NCBI GenBank assembly: GCA_963720465.1
Contig: OY970393.1
Location: forward strand, 1,856,001 to 1,920,000
Source of the DNA: Methanobacteriota archaeon
GTDB taxonomy: Archaea > Halobacteriota > Bog-38 > Methanoflorentales > Methanoflorentaceae
Direction: 5' to 3'
DNA length: 64,000 nt
Both the position numbers and the translations under genes were made by a program. The notes beneath the pieces are model-generated. The model worked only from the letters and a program-made list of their open reading frames with translations. It did not search any database and was not told the DNA's origin. Shown piece after piece: positions 30,210 to 40,024 of this stretch. Numbering within the stretch: position 1 is the stretch's first letter; the number at the start of each line of letters is the position of its first letter.

Positions 30210-30303
30210 GCGATTGCAACGCCTCGACGCGAACGGGATCTTCAAAACCAGATAGCCTGCCGCTTTAGGTACCGTCACACGAAGCGCATTAGGAGCCTCG
30301 AAC

Positions 30304-31152
30304 GTGCACACGCTAGAACTGCACAACATAAACTCGGGATACAGCAAGAAAACCGTCTTGCACGACGTAAGTCTCGCGATACAAGAGCCGTCGATATACG
30401 TAGTATTAGGTCCAAACGGCGCAGGGAAGACGACGCTGTTTCGGACCATCGCCGGCATTTTAGAGCTATATTCGGGCGAAGTCGTGTTTGACGGTGAAAA
30501 CGTCACCTCATCGCGTGACATCAGAAAGCGGATGAACTACCTCTCCCACTACAACGCGATCCCGGAGGAGATGACGGTGTACAACGCTCTCACGTTTTAT
30601 GCGAACACGCAGGGAGGAAGCGCTGACGAGGTTCTCGCGCTACTACACCTACAGGAACTTCGGGATAAAAAAATCTCTGATCTCTCGCAGGGACAGAAGA
30701 AAAGAGTCTCAGTTGCGAAGGTGTTCCTAAGGGAGCGAGACCTCTACTTAATGGACGAGCCCACATCAAACCTGGACCCGGGGTACTCGAAGGAGATCAG
30801 AGACATCCTCCTGAAACTGAGCAAGGACAAGATTGTACTGTACTCTACGCATAACCTCTACGAGGCGAATGACATCGGCACGAACCTCATCTTGATCAAG
30901 AATGGGACCATTGCGCTAGCTGAAAAGATCGCAAACATCAAACTGAGGGAATATAGGGTTGGGATTAGGACGTCGACTGACATTTCAAAAATTGTCGATG
31001 CGAAGAAGGGAGAGCAGGGCTACTACGTCATGAGCGTTTCGAGCCCCGAAGAGGCAGGACAAGTCCTGAAGACGCTAATCGAACACGGGGTACTGGTGAC
31101 GGAAATGCGGCAGCTCGAAAACCCGTTGCAAGAGCTGTTCGAAACGGCGTAA
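30304..31152 (+). CDS. ABC transporter ATP-binding protein
   Basis: GPNGAGKTT, LSQGQKKR, MDEPT, YSTH motifs. Confidence 0.9.
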   Translation: MHTLELHNINSGYSKKTVLHDVSLAIQEPSIYVVLGPNGAGKTTLFRTIAGILELYSGEVVFDGENVTSSRDIRKRMNYLSHYNAIPEEMTVYNALTFYANTQGGSADEVLALLHLQELRDKKISDLSQGQKKRVSVAKVFLRERDLYLMDEPTSNLDPGYSKEIRDILLKLSKDKIVLYSTHNLYEANDIGTNLILIKNGTIALAEKIANIKLREYRVGIRTSTDISKIVDAKKGEQGYYVMSVSSPEEAGQVLKTLIEHGVLVTEMRQLENPLQELFETA

Positions 31153-31163
31153 TCGGAGAACCC

Positions 31164-31895
31164 GTGAAGAACAACGTTGTGCGCCAGCTGAGGCGCAAAC
31201 CTGCAATAATCACCGTTAAGAGAGGACTCGCTCTGAGCAAATCGTACGTCGTGTTCGCGATATTCTTTACGTCGGTGGCTATCCTCACGGCAAATTTTGG
31301 CAACGCATTCCTGAGAGGCGTACCTGGGAATAGCGGCATCTACGTCGGGACGTCACTCTCGCTTCTCTCCGTCCCGCTGACCGCAATTGCCGCTGTGATG
31401 CTTACGACGTCCGTCATTTTGCTCTACGTCTACGACAAGAATAACGGCGTGCTCGAGTATTTCCTCTCGCTCGGGATGAATCAAGAAGACATCTACAAGC
31501 GCTACCTGAAAGCGGGTGTCATTCTTGTCTTACTCCTTATGGCGGGAGTGGCCGTTGCAAACGTTGCGGTAGGATTGGCTCTGAGAGGAGGAGTTACGCT
31601 CCCTCTCGTGGCTACGGGCGTTGCCACCGCATTAGCCCTCTCCATCGTCTCTTTCGATACGATGGCAATGATGACGTTCAGCTCATTGCAGAAGCAGAGG
31701 GCAGGAGCAAATCAACCATTAGGCCTCGCCTTGGGGGGGTTGCTGGTGTTGCCCGCGTACTTAACTGCGTTCATTTTGCCTGGTATTGTAGCAGTCGCCG
31801 TAGATCTTGCCGAAGCCGTCATCATTGCCGCTCTGTCGATCGCGCTGTTGCTTCTTTCAAGCAGACTCATCAGCAGGGAGAAGCTCCTTCCATAG
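31164..31895 (+). CDS. ABC-2-like permease
   Basis: Six TM helices; DKNNGVLEYFLSLG; follows the ATPase. Confidence 0.75.
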   Translation: MKNNVVRQLRRKPAIITVKRGLALSKSYVVFAIFFTSVAILTANFGNAFLRGVPGNSGIYVGTSLSLLSVPLTAIAAVMLTTSVILLYVYDKNNGVLEYFLSLGMNQEDIYKRYLKAGVILVLLLMAGVAVANVAVGLALRGGVTLPLVATGVATALALSIVSFDTMAMMTFSSLQKQRAGANQPLGLALGGLLVLPAYLTAFILPGIVAVAVDLAEAVIIAALSIALLLLSSRLISREKLLP

Positions 31896-32284
31896 CAACT
31901 CGCGCGTGCAAGACCAATTAGTACAGATTTTCAGTAAGAAAGTAAGAACTTCGGCTTGCAGTTAATCGTCGCTAGCCTCAAGGATCCGAAACGATTTCTC
32001 CAGCCTTGTTTTTCCAGAGGTCTTTACCGAAAAGAAGACTGGATGATGGCGCGTGTGTGAGAGCAGCGGAAGAAAGCACGGCAGAAGTTTATTGCACAAG
32101 CGTGGCCGCATCGCCGGAGTCAATGCCAAGTTCTCGTTCAGTTTGTAAAATAAGAAGGGAAAAGAGGTGACTTCTTAATCAAGGTACTTCCGGGTGCTCA
32201 AAGTAATAGATACCCATCACTCAGGAGCCGTAACACAAAAGTGCCCCTCCATTGAGTTCGTAGTCAGCATACGCCTGAGATACG

Positions 32285-32503
32285 TCAGCGGCACCAGCAG
32301 CACCCGCACGTTCGCCGACCTCCGCTGAGCTCGTAGTCAGTGTACAGCGGGCAGCCCGGGCAATTACACCCTTGCATCTCGGGGTTTAATTCACTCGAGT
32401 TCATGGAGCAAAACACGCCACCCACGAGGCTGTTCTTGATAAACGTGAGACAGCTCTTGCAGATGCACTTTGCTTTTGTCTCTGCGTTCAAAGGAACTTT
32501 CAT
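32285..32503 (-). CDS. DUF2769 family Cys-rich small protein with an aberrant C-terminus
   Basis: CICKSC..FC..GCNCPGCP; GGAGGTGA RBS; paralog of 59283..59522. Confidence 0.7.
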   Translation of the reverse strand: MKVPLNAETKAKCICKSCLTFIKNSLVGGVFCSMNSSELNPEMQGCNCPGCPLYTDYELSGGRRTCGCCWCR

Positions 32504-32604
32504 GTGGGAATCACCTCCCTCACGCTTTTCATGCACACTGGCTGCGTCGCCTTCTGCTTCGGCATCTGCATCGGGAACGCCTAAACTTCTTTTAATCATC
32601 ATGA

Positions 32605-33453
32605 CTACCACAAATACAGCGAGGTGGGATCGGGACCTTCCCCTGCGTTTTTAACAGCTACCTCTATCGTCTCTAAAATGTAATCTGAAGGGAGAGCACT
32701 AGCCAGTCCAGAATTCTCAACAAATTTTATCCGTTGCTCTTTAGTTTGGAGGCTTACTACAATATCCTCGTACGGTAGATACGCCGAGACGATGCCAATA
32801 ACGCAAGGGAAATCGATTGGCTGCGTTCGATCAGTAGATGCACCATATTGAGGTCTCGATAGGATGACGGGACTTCCGCTATTTCCTGGAAAAACGAATG
32901 TATCTAACAAGAAGCTAGAAGTAGGTCTCTCTAACGCATCCTGTATGCGAGCGACAGATCCAGATCTCGCAATAGGATAGCGCCACATACGATCAATGAG
33001 TCCCATAGGATAGCCAAGAACATAAACCGGATCCCCCTCCGAGACGTTAGCATCGCGCATTTGATCAATAGTCATAAGAGTTTCGACATCAAACGATAGA
33101 ATTTGCTGTCCGTCTTCCTTAAGCTTTGCACCGTGGAGGCCTATTACGGCAATGTCGAGATCATCGTGAGGGTGGCTAACCCACCGTTGAGGGGTCTCCC
33201 GTTCATCATCTATAAGCGGCACGCGATAATCTTTAGTTTCCTTACCCCTTTCGGGGTTAAACCGAAGCACAACAGAGTTCTCTCCTTCGAGCACATGCTT
33301 ATTGGTGACCAAGAAGACGTGGCGGCCGATTTCACACCCGTCTTTTATGACCGGTCGCCCGACTAAGAAGCCTGTTGCACCCCACATGGTGCCATTCTGT
33401 TCGACATAACCGATTGCAACGACGCTATCCAGCGCTACGGGCAACAGAGCCAT
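32605..33453 (-). CDS. Trypsin-like serine protease (Trypsin_2), no signal peptide
   Basis: ATGF, VTNKHV (His), DIAV (Asp), GYP, PGNSGSPV (Ser). Confidence 0.88.
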   Translation of the reverse strand: MALLPVALDSVVAIGYVEQNGTMWGATGFLVGRPVIKDGCEIGRHVFLVTNKHVLEGENSVVLRFNPERGKETKDYRVPLIDDERETPQRWVSHPHDDLDIAVIGLHGAKLKEDGQQILSFDVETLMTIDQMRDANVSEGDPVYVLGYPMGLIDRMWRYPIARSGSVARIQDALERPTSSFLLDTFVFPGNSGSPVILSRPQYGASTDRTQPIDFPCVIGIVSAYLPYEDIVVSLQTKEQRIKFVENSGLASALPSDYILETIEVAVKNAGEGPDPTSLYLW

Positions 33454-33596
33454 TTTCTACTCTCTTGTTGGGCCTCACTAATATGTGGTCTTGGTCCTTT
33501 TGTTTTGGCTTAGTGGCTAGCACACGTTAAACGCTTCTATTCATAGCATCAGCACAAAGGTGTCCACACAAAAATAGAGGGTGCGAGGACGCTCAT

Positions 33597-33670
33597 ATGA
33601 ATCCCAATGAACTCTTAGCCCGATCAAAGCGGGCGAATCAGAGACCACCGAACTTAAAGAGAATTTTAGC
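33597..33670 (+). pseudogene. N-terminal fragment of an AlbA_2/Schlafen-type protein
   Basis: MNPNELLAR, a frameshift, then KAGESETTELKENF. Confidence 0.45.
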
Positions 33671-33952
33671 GGCCGTTATCTATGCCGTAGAGGCGTCAAG
33701 CTAAGCGCCTATAAGGGATGCGGAGCAAAAAATGAAGGTCTCTAGATGGATGGAAAGAGTTTCAAGCACGAGCTGAAGGTCTTCAAGGAGTTACATGACA
33801 GGAGCGGATTGCTTGGAAAAGCTGGCAGCTATAGAGACCGATTTCCGGAAATCTTCAACCGAAAGACGCTGATTTCGAGGAGAAGCTGCATTAACGAAAT
33901 CGAAACAAGTTGTACCAGCTTTTTACTACCCCTTTTGCTCCTGCGTTAACAA

Positions 33953-34465
33953 CTAGAATGGCACGGCATCATAGATTTGCCGTAAGTCGCTCTCTTCGAA
34001 CTGCAGTAAGGTCCAATGTCCGAGCAACATCTGAACCCGGCGAATGTCGGTGTTGTGCCGCGCCAAGTTGACCGCAAAGGAGTGCCTAAGCGTGTGCGGA
34101 TGCACGTCCGGACCGATATTGGCGAGGATCCCGTATTTCTTGACGATGTTGTAAAGCTGCCGTCGCTTGAACGGGAAGAGTTTTGCATCATTTTCAATGT
34201 CTTTTTGTGCCGCGTATGAAAGGAGCTCGTCCACCGAATCCTTTTTCAATAAAACACGCCGTTCTTTGCCGCCCTTGGCGTTGGTTATCGTAATGATGCC
34301 GTTCTTTTTTTCGATGTTCGTCGGCGTGACGGCCAGCACCTCAGAGGAGCGCATGCCTGTCTCCCACATAGTCTTGATGATAAGGTAGTCGCGATAGTTG
34401 CATGTACCAGCCACATCAAGCATTGCGTGCACCTCCTCGCACTCAAGGAATTCAAGGTGTTTCAT
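33953..34465 (-). CDS. Short tyrosine recombinase B (catalytic domain only), with the catalytic Tyr segment deleted
   Basis: RD..ETGMRSSE, KGGKER, HPHTLRHSFA, LLGH present; GH[xxLNVTxVY]LQ is replaced by GHWTLLQ. Confidence 0.85.
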   Translation of the reverse strand: MKHLEFLECEEVHAMLDVAGTCNYRDYLIIKTMWETGMRSSEVLAVTPTNIEKKNGIITITNAKGGKERRVLLKKDSVDELLSYAAQKDIENDAKLFPFKRRQLYNIVKKYGILANIGPDVHPHTLRHSFAVNLARHNTDIRRVQMLLGHWTLLQFEESDLRQIYDAVPF

Positions 34466-35068
34466 AAAGCTCGCGCCTCGATTGCTCAAAATAGCTTGCT
34501 CGCCTTTAGAAGACGTTTTACGTCAATGGCACACTGAATCTCCAAACGTGCTTTTTTATTATGGAACGGGGTTTCGAGGGTACTCCGTTCGTTGGGGTGG
34601 GAGTTGCCGTCGGCGGGGCTTGCTGCGGGTGGTGAACCGTCACACCCAGCTATTGCAACGACCTCAGCGCGACGACAAAACACCGATAGTGTCGCGAAGA
34701 GGCGGTTATCATATCTCATGTTTCAGCCCCTTTTAAATACGTAAGACTCGGCTGCTCAAACTCAAGGTTCTGCTTACCGTGCTCAGCTATAGCATGACCA
34801 TCTACTAAGTTGTCGCGCGCTGCGAAACACAATACGACTTTGTAGCTGCCAATTGTAACACGCCTCTACAAATATTCTCGCAGTTTTGACCTCGAAAACC
34901 AAACCTGAGTTTGGAACTTTAGGAATTGGCGAGAAGTTTTGCAAAATGTTCAAAATTCCTTCTCCAGCCCTTAAATAATGCTATAGTAAGGGCAAAAGGA
35001 GGCCGCTAAGGCGTTATTCATTGCACACAACCTAACGATGAAGAACGAAGGGTGGTAATGTTAGCGAC

Positions 35069-36046
35069 GTGCAGAGCATGACTGAGCAATCGTCGGATTA
35101 TACAACGGATGCCTACGCGTTGCAGCTGCAAGGCCTGACAAAGACATACGGTGACCTGGTTGCCGTTGACGATCTCAGCCTGCAAATCAAGAAGGGAGAG
35201 ATATTCGGATTTTTAGGACCGAACGGAGCCGGAAAGACCACCACGATCAGTATGATGGTCGGACTGCTGACCCCGACAAGCGGTGCGGTGCTCATCAACG
35301 GACAAGACCGGGCGCAAGCGCCGAAAAGGAGCATAGGCATCTGTCCGCAAGACCTCGTCTTGTGGGAGGAGCTGACGTGCACCGAGAACCTCATCGTCAT
35401 GGGCGACATGTACGACCTTCCACGGGCCGTCACGAAAGAACGCGTGCGCTCATTACTCGCTGCTCTTACACTCTCTGAAAAGGCGAACGCACGTGTGTCG
35501 CAGCTGTCCGGAGGGATGAAGCGCAGGCTCAACATCGCACTCGCTGTTATTCACGATCCTGATATCGTCGTGCTGGACGAACCCTCTACGGGCTTAGACC
35601 CGCAATCTCGTCTGTTGCTGTGGGACTTTGTTCGCTCGCTCAAGAACAAAGAGGGAAAAACCATCATCCTCACAACCCACGTTATGCAGGAGGCCGATGC
35701 ACTGAGTGACCGCATCGCCATCATCGACCACGGCAAGCTTCTTCAGTTCGACACACCCGCAAACCTGAAAAAGAAGATCGGGTCCGGTGACATCATCGAG
35801 ATGCAACTCACCGAACGAGAGAAGAACGCAGCGGTCATTGAAGACCTCAAATCCGTCAACGGCATCCTAGAAATCAACGACGCGAGCGGAAAGATCACCA
35901 TACGAGCGTTAAACGCCGTCAACCTGCTCCCTGAGATAACCGAACGCGTCGATGCGATTCGCACCCGGATCGCGGATATTTCACTTCGGGAAAACACGCT
36001 CGAGGACGTCTTCATCTACCTCACCGGAAGGGGGCTGCGGGAGTGA
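35069..36046 (+). CDS. ABC exporter ATP-binding subunit
   Basis: GPNGAGKTT, LSGGMKRR, LDEPS, LTTH, TLEDVFIYLTGR motifs. Confidence 0.92.
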   Translation: MQSMTEQSSDYTTDAYALQLQGLTKTYGDLVAVDDLSLQIKKGEIFGFLGPNGAGKTTTISMMVGLLTPTSGAVLINGQDRAQAPKRSIGICPQDLVLWEELTCTENLIVMGDMYDLPRAVTKERVRSLLAALTLSEKANARVSQLSGGMKRRLNIALAVIHDPDIVVLDEPSTGLDPQSRLLLWDFVRSLKNKEGKTIILTTHVMQEADALSDRIAIIDHGKLLQFDTPANLKKKIGSGDIIEMQLTEREKNAAVIEDLKSVNGILEINDASGKITIRALNAVNLLPEITERVDAIRTRIADISLRENTLEDVFIYLTGRGLRE

Positions 36047-37395
36047 CGGTGAAGTCTCTCTCATTAGCGATTAAGGCGCTCAAGCGAACAATTCGGGACC
36101 GTCGCACGCTTTTTTTCCTCTTGCTATTCCCTATAGTGCTCATGATCATTTTTGCTTTCGCCTTCGGCAGTTCCAACTCGCTTGGCACTGGGACAGCGCC
36201 TCACGAGATTGTGGTCATTAATCTCGACCAAGGGGCAGCGGTGTCCATCAACAATACCACCGAGCACATCAACGCCGGCGCGAAGTTCACGCAGCTCCTC
36301 GAAAACGTCACCTACCCGCAAACCGACACCCACATGTTCACCCTCAATAACGTGAGTGCAGATCAGGCCCTGGCAATGCTCAAAGGGCGCGCCCTCGATG
36401 CGGTGATCACGATTCCAGGGAATTTTTCGCAAGCGGTCGTATCATTGACCAATGCCTCCACGCGGGCTGAAACGACCTCAGATATCGGGCTGCGGGTAAT
36501 AAACGGAAGCGCCGCTCAGCTGCCGGTGAATACCACGCTTCCGAAACAGGGCAACGTCACCACACAGGTCATCGTCGAAGGGGACACGGATAGTACCGCA
36601 TTTGCCGCCGCGCAAAGCCTGATCTTCAATCTCCTCCAACAGTACCAAGGCCAGATACAGGCCATGACGATTCGACAGGTTGACGACACGCTGGCACAAA
36701 ACGGAAGCAATTCGAACATCAACTACATTTCGGCGGCCGTACAGCCACTCACAGGCACCCGATCACTAACGCTCTTCGACTACCAGGCACCAGGAGTGAT
36801 TGTGTTCGCCTTGCTCTTGCAGGTCGGCAGCGTCGCGCAGGACCTTGCGAGGGAATCTGCCCGCGGGACGCTCGGTAGACTCAAACTCTCCAATATGCGG
36901 TCATTTGACCTCCTGTTCGGCACGTTGCTCAGCTGGATCGTCTTCGCCGTAGCGCAAATACTGCTCCTCCTCGGAGTCGCCGTGGCGCTCGGGTTTGAGT
37001 GGTTCGGCGGCGCGAATTCCATCGTGCTTGCCCTGCTCATTGGCCTCATAGGCGGGATAGCCTCGATTTCGCTCGGCTTGCTGCTTGCGGCGTTTACCAC
37101 CAACGAGCGGCAGGCGGCACAATTAGGGGTGCTCATTGCCGTGCCGGTGTTTTTCCTCACCGGGTCGTTCTTTCCACTCCCCAACGAGATACTTGGAACA
37201 GCGTTTGGGACGACGTTCCAGGTCTATGACCTGCTCCCCTGGACACAGGTCGCGGATGCGTTGCGTCAGATCCTCGTCTTCGGGAGTGGCTTTGGCGACG
37301 TAGCGGCCTACGTGGGATTTGCGATCGTTCTCACCGCAATCCTCTTTGTCATTGGCGTGATTTTTTATTCGCTGGTGCGGTTGCGGCCGGAATAG
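36043..37395 (+). CDS. ABC-2 permease with a large extracellular domain
   Basis: N-terminal TM helix, sequon-rich loop, five C-terminal TM helices; 4-bp overlap with the ATPase. Confidence 0.88.
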   Translation: MTVKSLSLAIKALKRTIRDRRTLFFLLLFPIVLMIIFAFAFGSSNSLGTGTAPHEIVVINLDQGAAVSINNTTEHINAGAKFTQLLENVTYPQTDTHMFTLNNVSADQALAMLKGRALDAVITIPGNFSQAVVSLTNASTRAETTSDIGLRVINGSAAQLPVNTTLPKQGNVTTQVIVEGDTDSTAFAAAQSLIFNLLQQYQGQIQAMTIRQVDDTLAQNGSNSNINYISAAVQPLTGTRSLTLFDYQAPGVIVFALLLQVGSVAQDLARESARGTLGRLKLSNMRSFDLLFGTLLSWIVFAVAQILLLLGVAVALGFEWFGGANSIVLALLIGLIGGIASISLGLLLAAFTTNERQAAQLGVLIAVPVFFLTGSFFPLPNEILGTAFGTTFQVYDLLPWTQVADALRQILVFGSGFGDVAAYVGFAIVLTAILFVIGVIFYSLVRLRPE

Positions 37396-37973
37396 AGCCT
37401 TCCAGCTGGCAGAGGAGATGGCTTGGAAATGCTCGCTATCGCGGCGGGAACGTTCATATTTAGCACGGCGATGACAACGGTGCAAATACTCGTGTTCTGC
37501 CTCGTCGCCACCCCCTACATTTCGAGCCTTGTGACGTTTGGTGCCATAGCGCGGGAAATGAGCGGACAGAGATGCATCCGCCCGCCATCGCGCGAAAACG
37601 GGCGAAACTTTTGTTCTGACCATGCAAATCCGATCAAGAAAGGAGTCTCTATTCTCTCACGACAATATACTGAAGCCGTATCGTGGGCCCCTATACATTG
37701 GAGGTGAGAAAGAGATGTCATTGCATGTGCGCATAGCTCCTGACTTGGACGACGAGGAACACGTTCGGAAAGGATCGAAAACAGTGAATGGGAAGAGTAG
37801 TAATAATGACATTGCCATCCCATCATACCCTAAACATCCTATTCCTATTAGTTCCCACGAGTGATCAGGGAAAATTCGAAAAAATACTCTTTATGTTTTT
37901 GTACACTCTATGTTTGTGTTTACCGCCTAGGACAGCACGGAGTGCGCGACCACAACCGTTATTGCCGAGGCCG

Positions 37974-38252
37974 TCAGCCCTGAGACCCGCTCGCTGTGTC
38001 CGTGCTGCCTTCCCTACCGATAACATGCCCTAGAAAAAGGCGTTTGCTCAGTGGGTTACCAGATAGTTGACGTGCTTCCTTATCCGGTTCTACATTCTCT
38101 GCGTCCCTGAAATGTGAAACAAGAGCGTTGAGAGCTTCCACATTATCGAGGCTAATCCGGGACTCCTCAAAGGTTTTGGTCTTCACTTCTTCAAGCGCAC
38201 GACTTAGCAAGTCAGCTTCGCCGTCCGTCAAAACTAACGCCTTGGTGAGCAT
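37974..38252 (-). CDS. Small hypothetical protein
   Basis: 92-aa ORF with an ATG start and a GGGGG RBS-like element. Confidence 0.4.
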   Translation of the reverse strand: MLTKALVLTDGEADLLSRALEEVKTKTFEESRISLDNVEALNALVSHFRDAENVEPDKEARQLSGNPLSKRLFLGHVIGREGSTDTASGSQG

Positions 38253-38425
38253 TTTCGCCCCCCTAGTAAGTGATAGTCACACGGAGTGCATGACATATTT
38301 CATGTTTGATTTTTTCTAATGGCAATATAAGCGTCAAAATGGCCGTTATTCCTCGCACAGAGCTCCTAGCTTGAACAGATAAATGCTAAATCCAAGCTAC
38401 GAGTAGCGTACATCAATACCTTTGA

Positions 38426-40024
38426 TCACCCGATGCTGCGACGCTGGAACCCGATGAGGCCGACGATTGTAAGGATCAATGCCGCGAGGGTCAGCGAAAC
38501 TAGGGGCATCACGGACACCCCGCTGACAAGGACCGCTGGCACGTGGTTGAATGGCGAGATGTTTAGGATCGACTGGTTCACCTGCAACGTCTCGCCGATT
38601 AACTCGACCAGGATGAACGCCCCCAGTGCCCCCCAACTCACGAACGACAGCCGAGGTGCAAGACCGTACAGGGCCATCGCGATCCCCCCTATCACCCAGA
38701 CGGCTGGCAAGTAGGCGAGCGTGGCGACCAGCACCCGGGGCAGCTCGTACCCCACGTTGCCGGTGCTCAGCCCGTAGGTCAGGCCGGCTGGCACGCCGAA
38801 GGCCGTGAGCACGACCGCCGAGCCAATAACCATAAGGGCGAGGTCACTCGACGCCCACCGCACTCTGCTGACTGCGGCGCCAAGCACGTGATCGAGACGC
38901 CCCTCGACCTCCTCGGACTGTAGCTGCAGCGTGGCCGTGATCGCGTATGCGCCGGCGATCCAGCCGAGGAACGTGAGAGAGAGGGTAATAAGGGCGTCAG
39001 TGTATGCCGAGGGGCCACCAAAATGGGCGAACAAGTTTGTAAGCTGTGCGTTAGCGGCCAGCAGGTTCGCGGAGGTTTTCGCAAGATAGCCAATCATAAC
39101 GCCGTACGCCGCAAACAACGTGGCCCAGGCAAGCAGTGTGCGCCGGTGCAGCCTCCACGCTAGAGCTAGTGGGCCGCGGAGTCGGGGCGACGCCCTCGCC
39201 GGGCCAAGTCGCGGCCTCAGAATGCCGGCGCCGACGTCTCGACGTGAGGAGAGCGCGTAAGCCATCGCGATCAGCACGATGACCGCGCCGAGGAAGAGGG
39301 CAAATACCGCCCACTGTTCGTTGGCGAATGGTTGGACGAGGTGCATCCACCCAAAAGGCGAGGTCCACGACAGCCACGACTGCCCGCTCGGCTCGTTCGC
39401 ATCGCCAACAGCGTTCAACAGGTAAAACAGAACAAAAAATGCCCCTGCGATGCCCCTCGCGACCCCGGCGCTCTCGGCCAGCTGCCCTGCCACGCCGGCG
39501 AGGGCAGCAAACGTCCACCCGATCGCTGCGAACGACAGCCCCAGTGCGACTGACCCGGCGACGGGAAGCCCAAAAGCGACCAGCGCTGCAGCGACGAGAG
39601 CGGCGATCGCTAGGTCGGCGAACAGCGTCACGATCAAGCTCGCCGACAACGGCGCTCGTCTGCCCACTACGCCCGAGCCCAGCAGCTCGTACCGTCCAGT
39701 CTCCTCGTCGGCGCGCGTGTGCCGGATCACGGTAAGCGCGCTCGCCCCGGCAACGATCAGTGCAGCGAAGAGGCTAGACCGCCACGCGGTTAGTCCGCCG
39801 ATGGTCGGAGAGGACACGGGACCGAGCAGCGCGACGAATCCCGGACTGTTCACTATCTGAGCGGCGAGCATCTGTTGCAACGCGGCGGTGGGATAGAGAC
39901 GCACGAACGCGGCAGCTACGACGACGACGAACAGGGGCGGCAGCGCGATCCAGATCGGCAGCAGAAGGCGATCCCGCCGCAGGATTAACCGAATGAGTGC
40001 GCCAGTGCCGCTAAACTCGCTCAT
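38426..40024 (-). CDS. ABC exporter permease (TnrB3/polyketide-ionophore resistance-like, ~12 TM)
   Basis: GTGALIRLILRRDR, RHTRADEETGRYEL, RRDVGAG, EEVEGR, SPFNHVP motifs. Confidence 0.88.
   Translation of the reverse strand: MSEFSGTGALIRLILRRDRLLLPIWIALPPLFVVVVAAAFVRLYPTAALQQMLAAQIVNSPGFVALLGPVSSPTIGGLTAWRSSLFAALIVAGASALTVIRHTRADEETGRYELLGSGVVGRRAPLSASLIVTLFADLAIAALVAAALVAFGLPVAGSVALGLSFAAIGWTFAALAGVAGQLAESAGVARGIAGAFFVLFYLLNAVGDANEPSGQSWLSWTSPFGWMHLVQPFANEQWAVFALFLGAVIVLIAMAYALSSRRDVGAGILRPRLGPARASPRLRGPLALAWRLHRRTLLAWATLFAAYGVMIGYLAKTSANLLAANAQLTNLFAHFGGPSAYTDALITLSLTFLGWIAGAYAITATLQLQSEEVEGRLDHVLGAAVSRVRWASSDLALMVIGSAVVLTAFGVPAGLTYGLSTGNVGYELPRVLVATLAYLPAVWVIGGIAMALYGLAPRLSFVSWGALGAFILVELIGETLQVNQSILNISPFNHVPAVLVSGVSVMPLVSLTLAALILTIVGLIGFQRRSIG

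Noticed and set aside
33953-34465. Canonical integron integrase IntI or chromosomal XerA
   Set aside because: No IntI-specific insertion before HxxR, no recognisable attC array, no N-terminal domain and no dif-like site seen
34560-34720. Intact lipoprotein upstream of integrase B
   Set aside because: The VAIAGC and PTATPTPT pieces are in different frames; at best a decayed fragment, too weak to call
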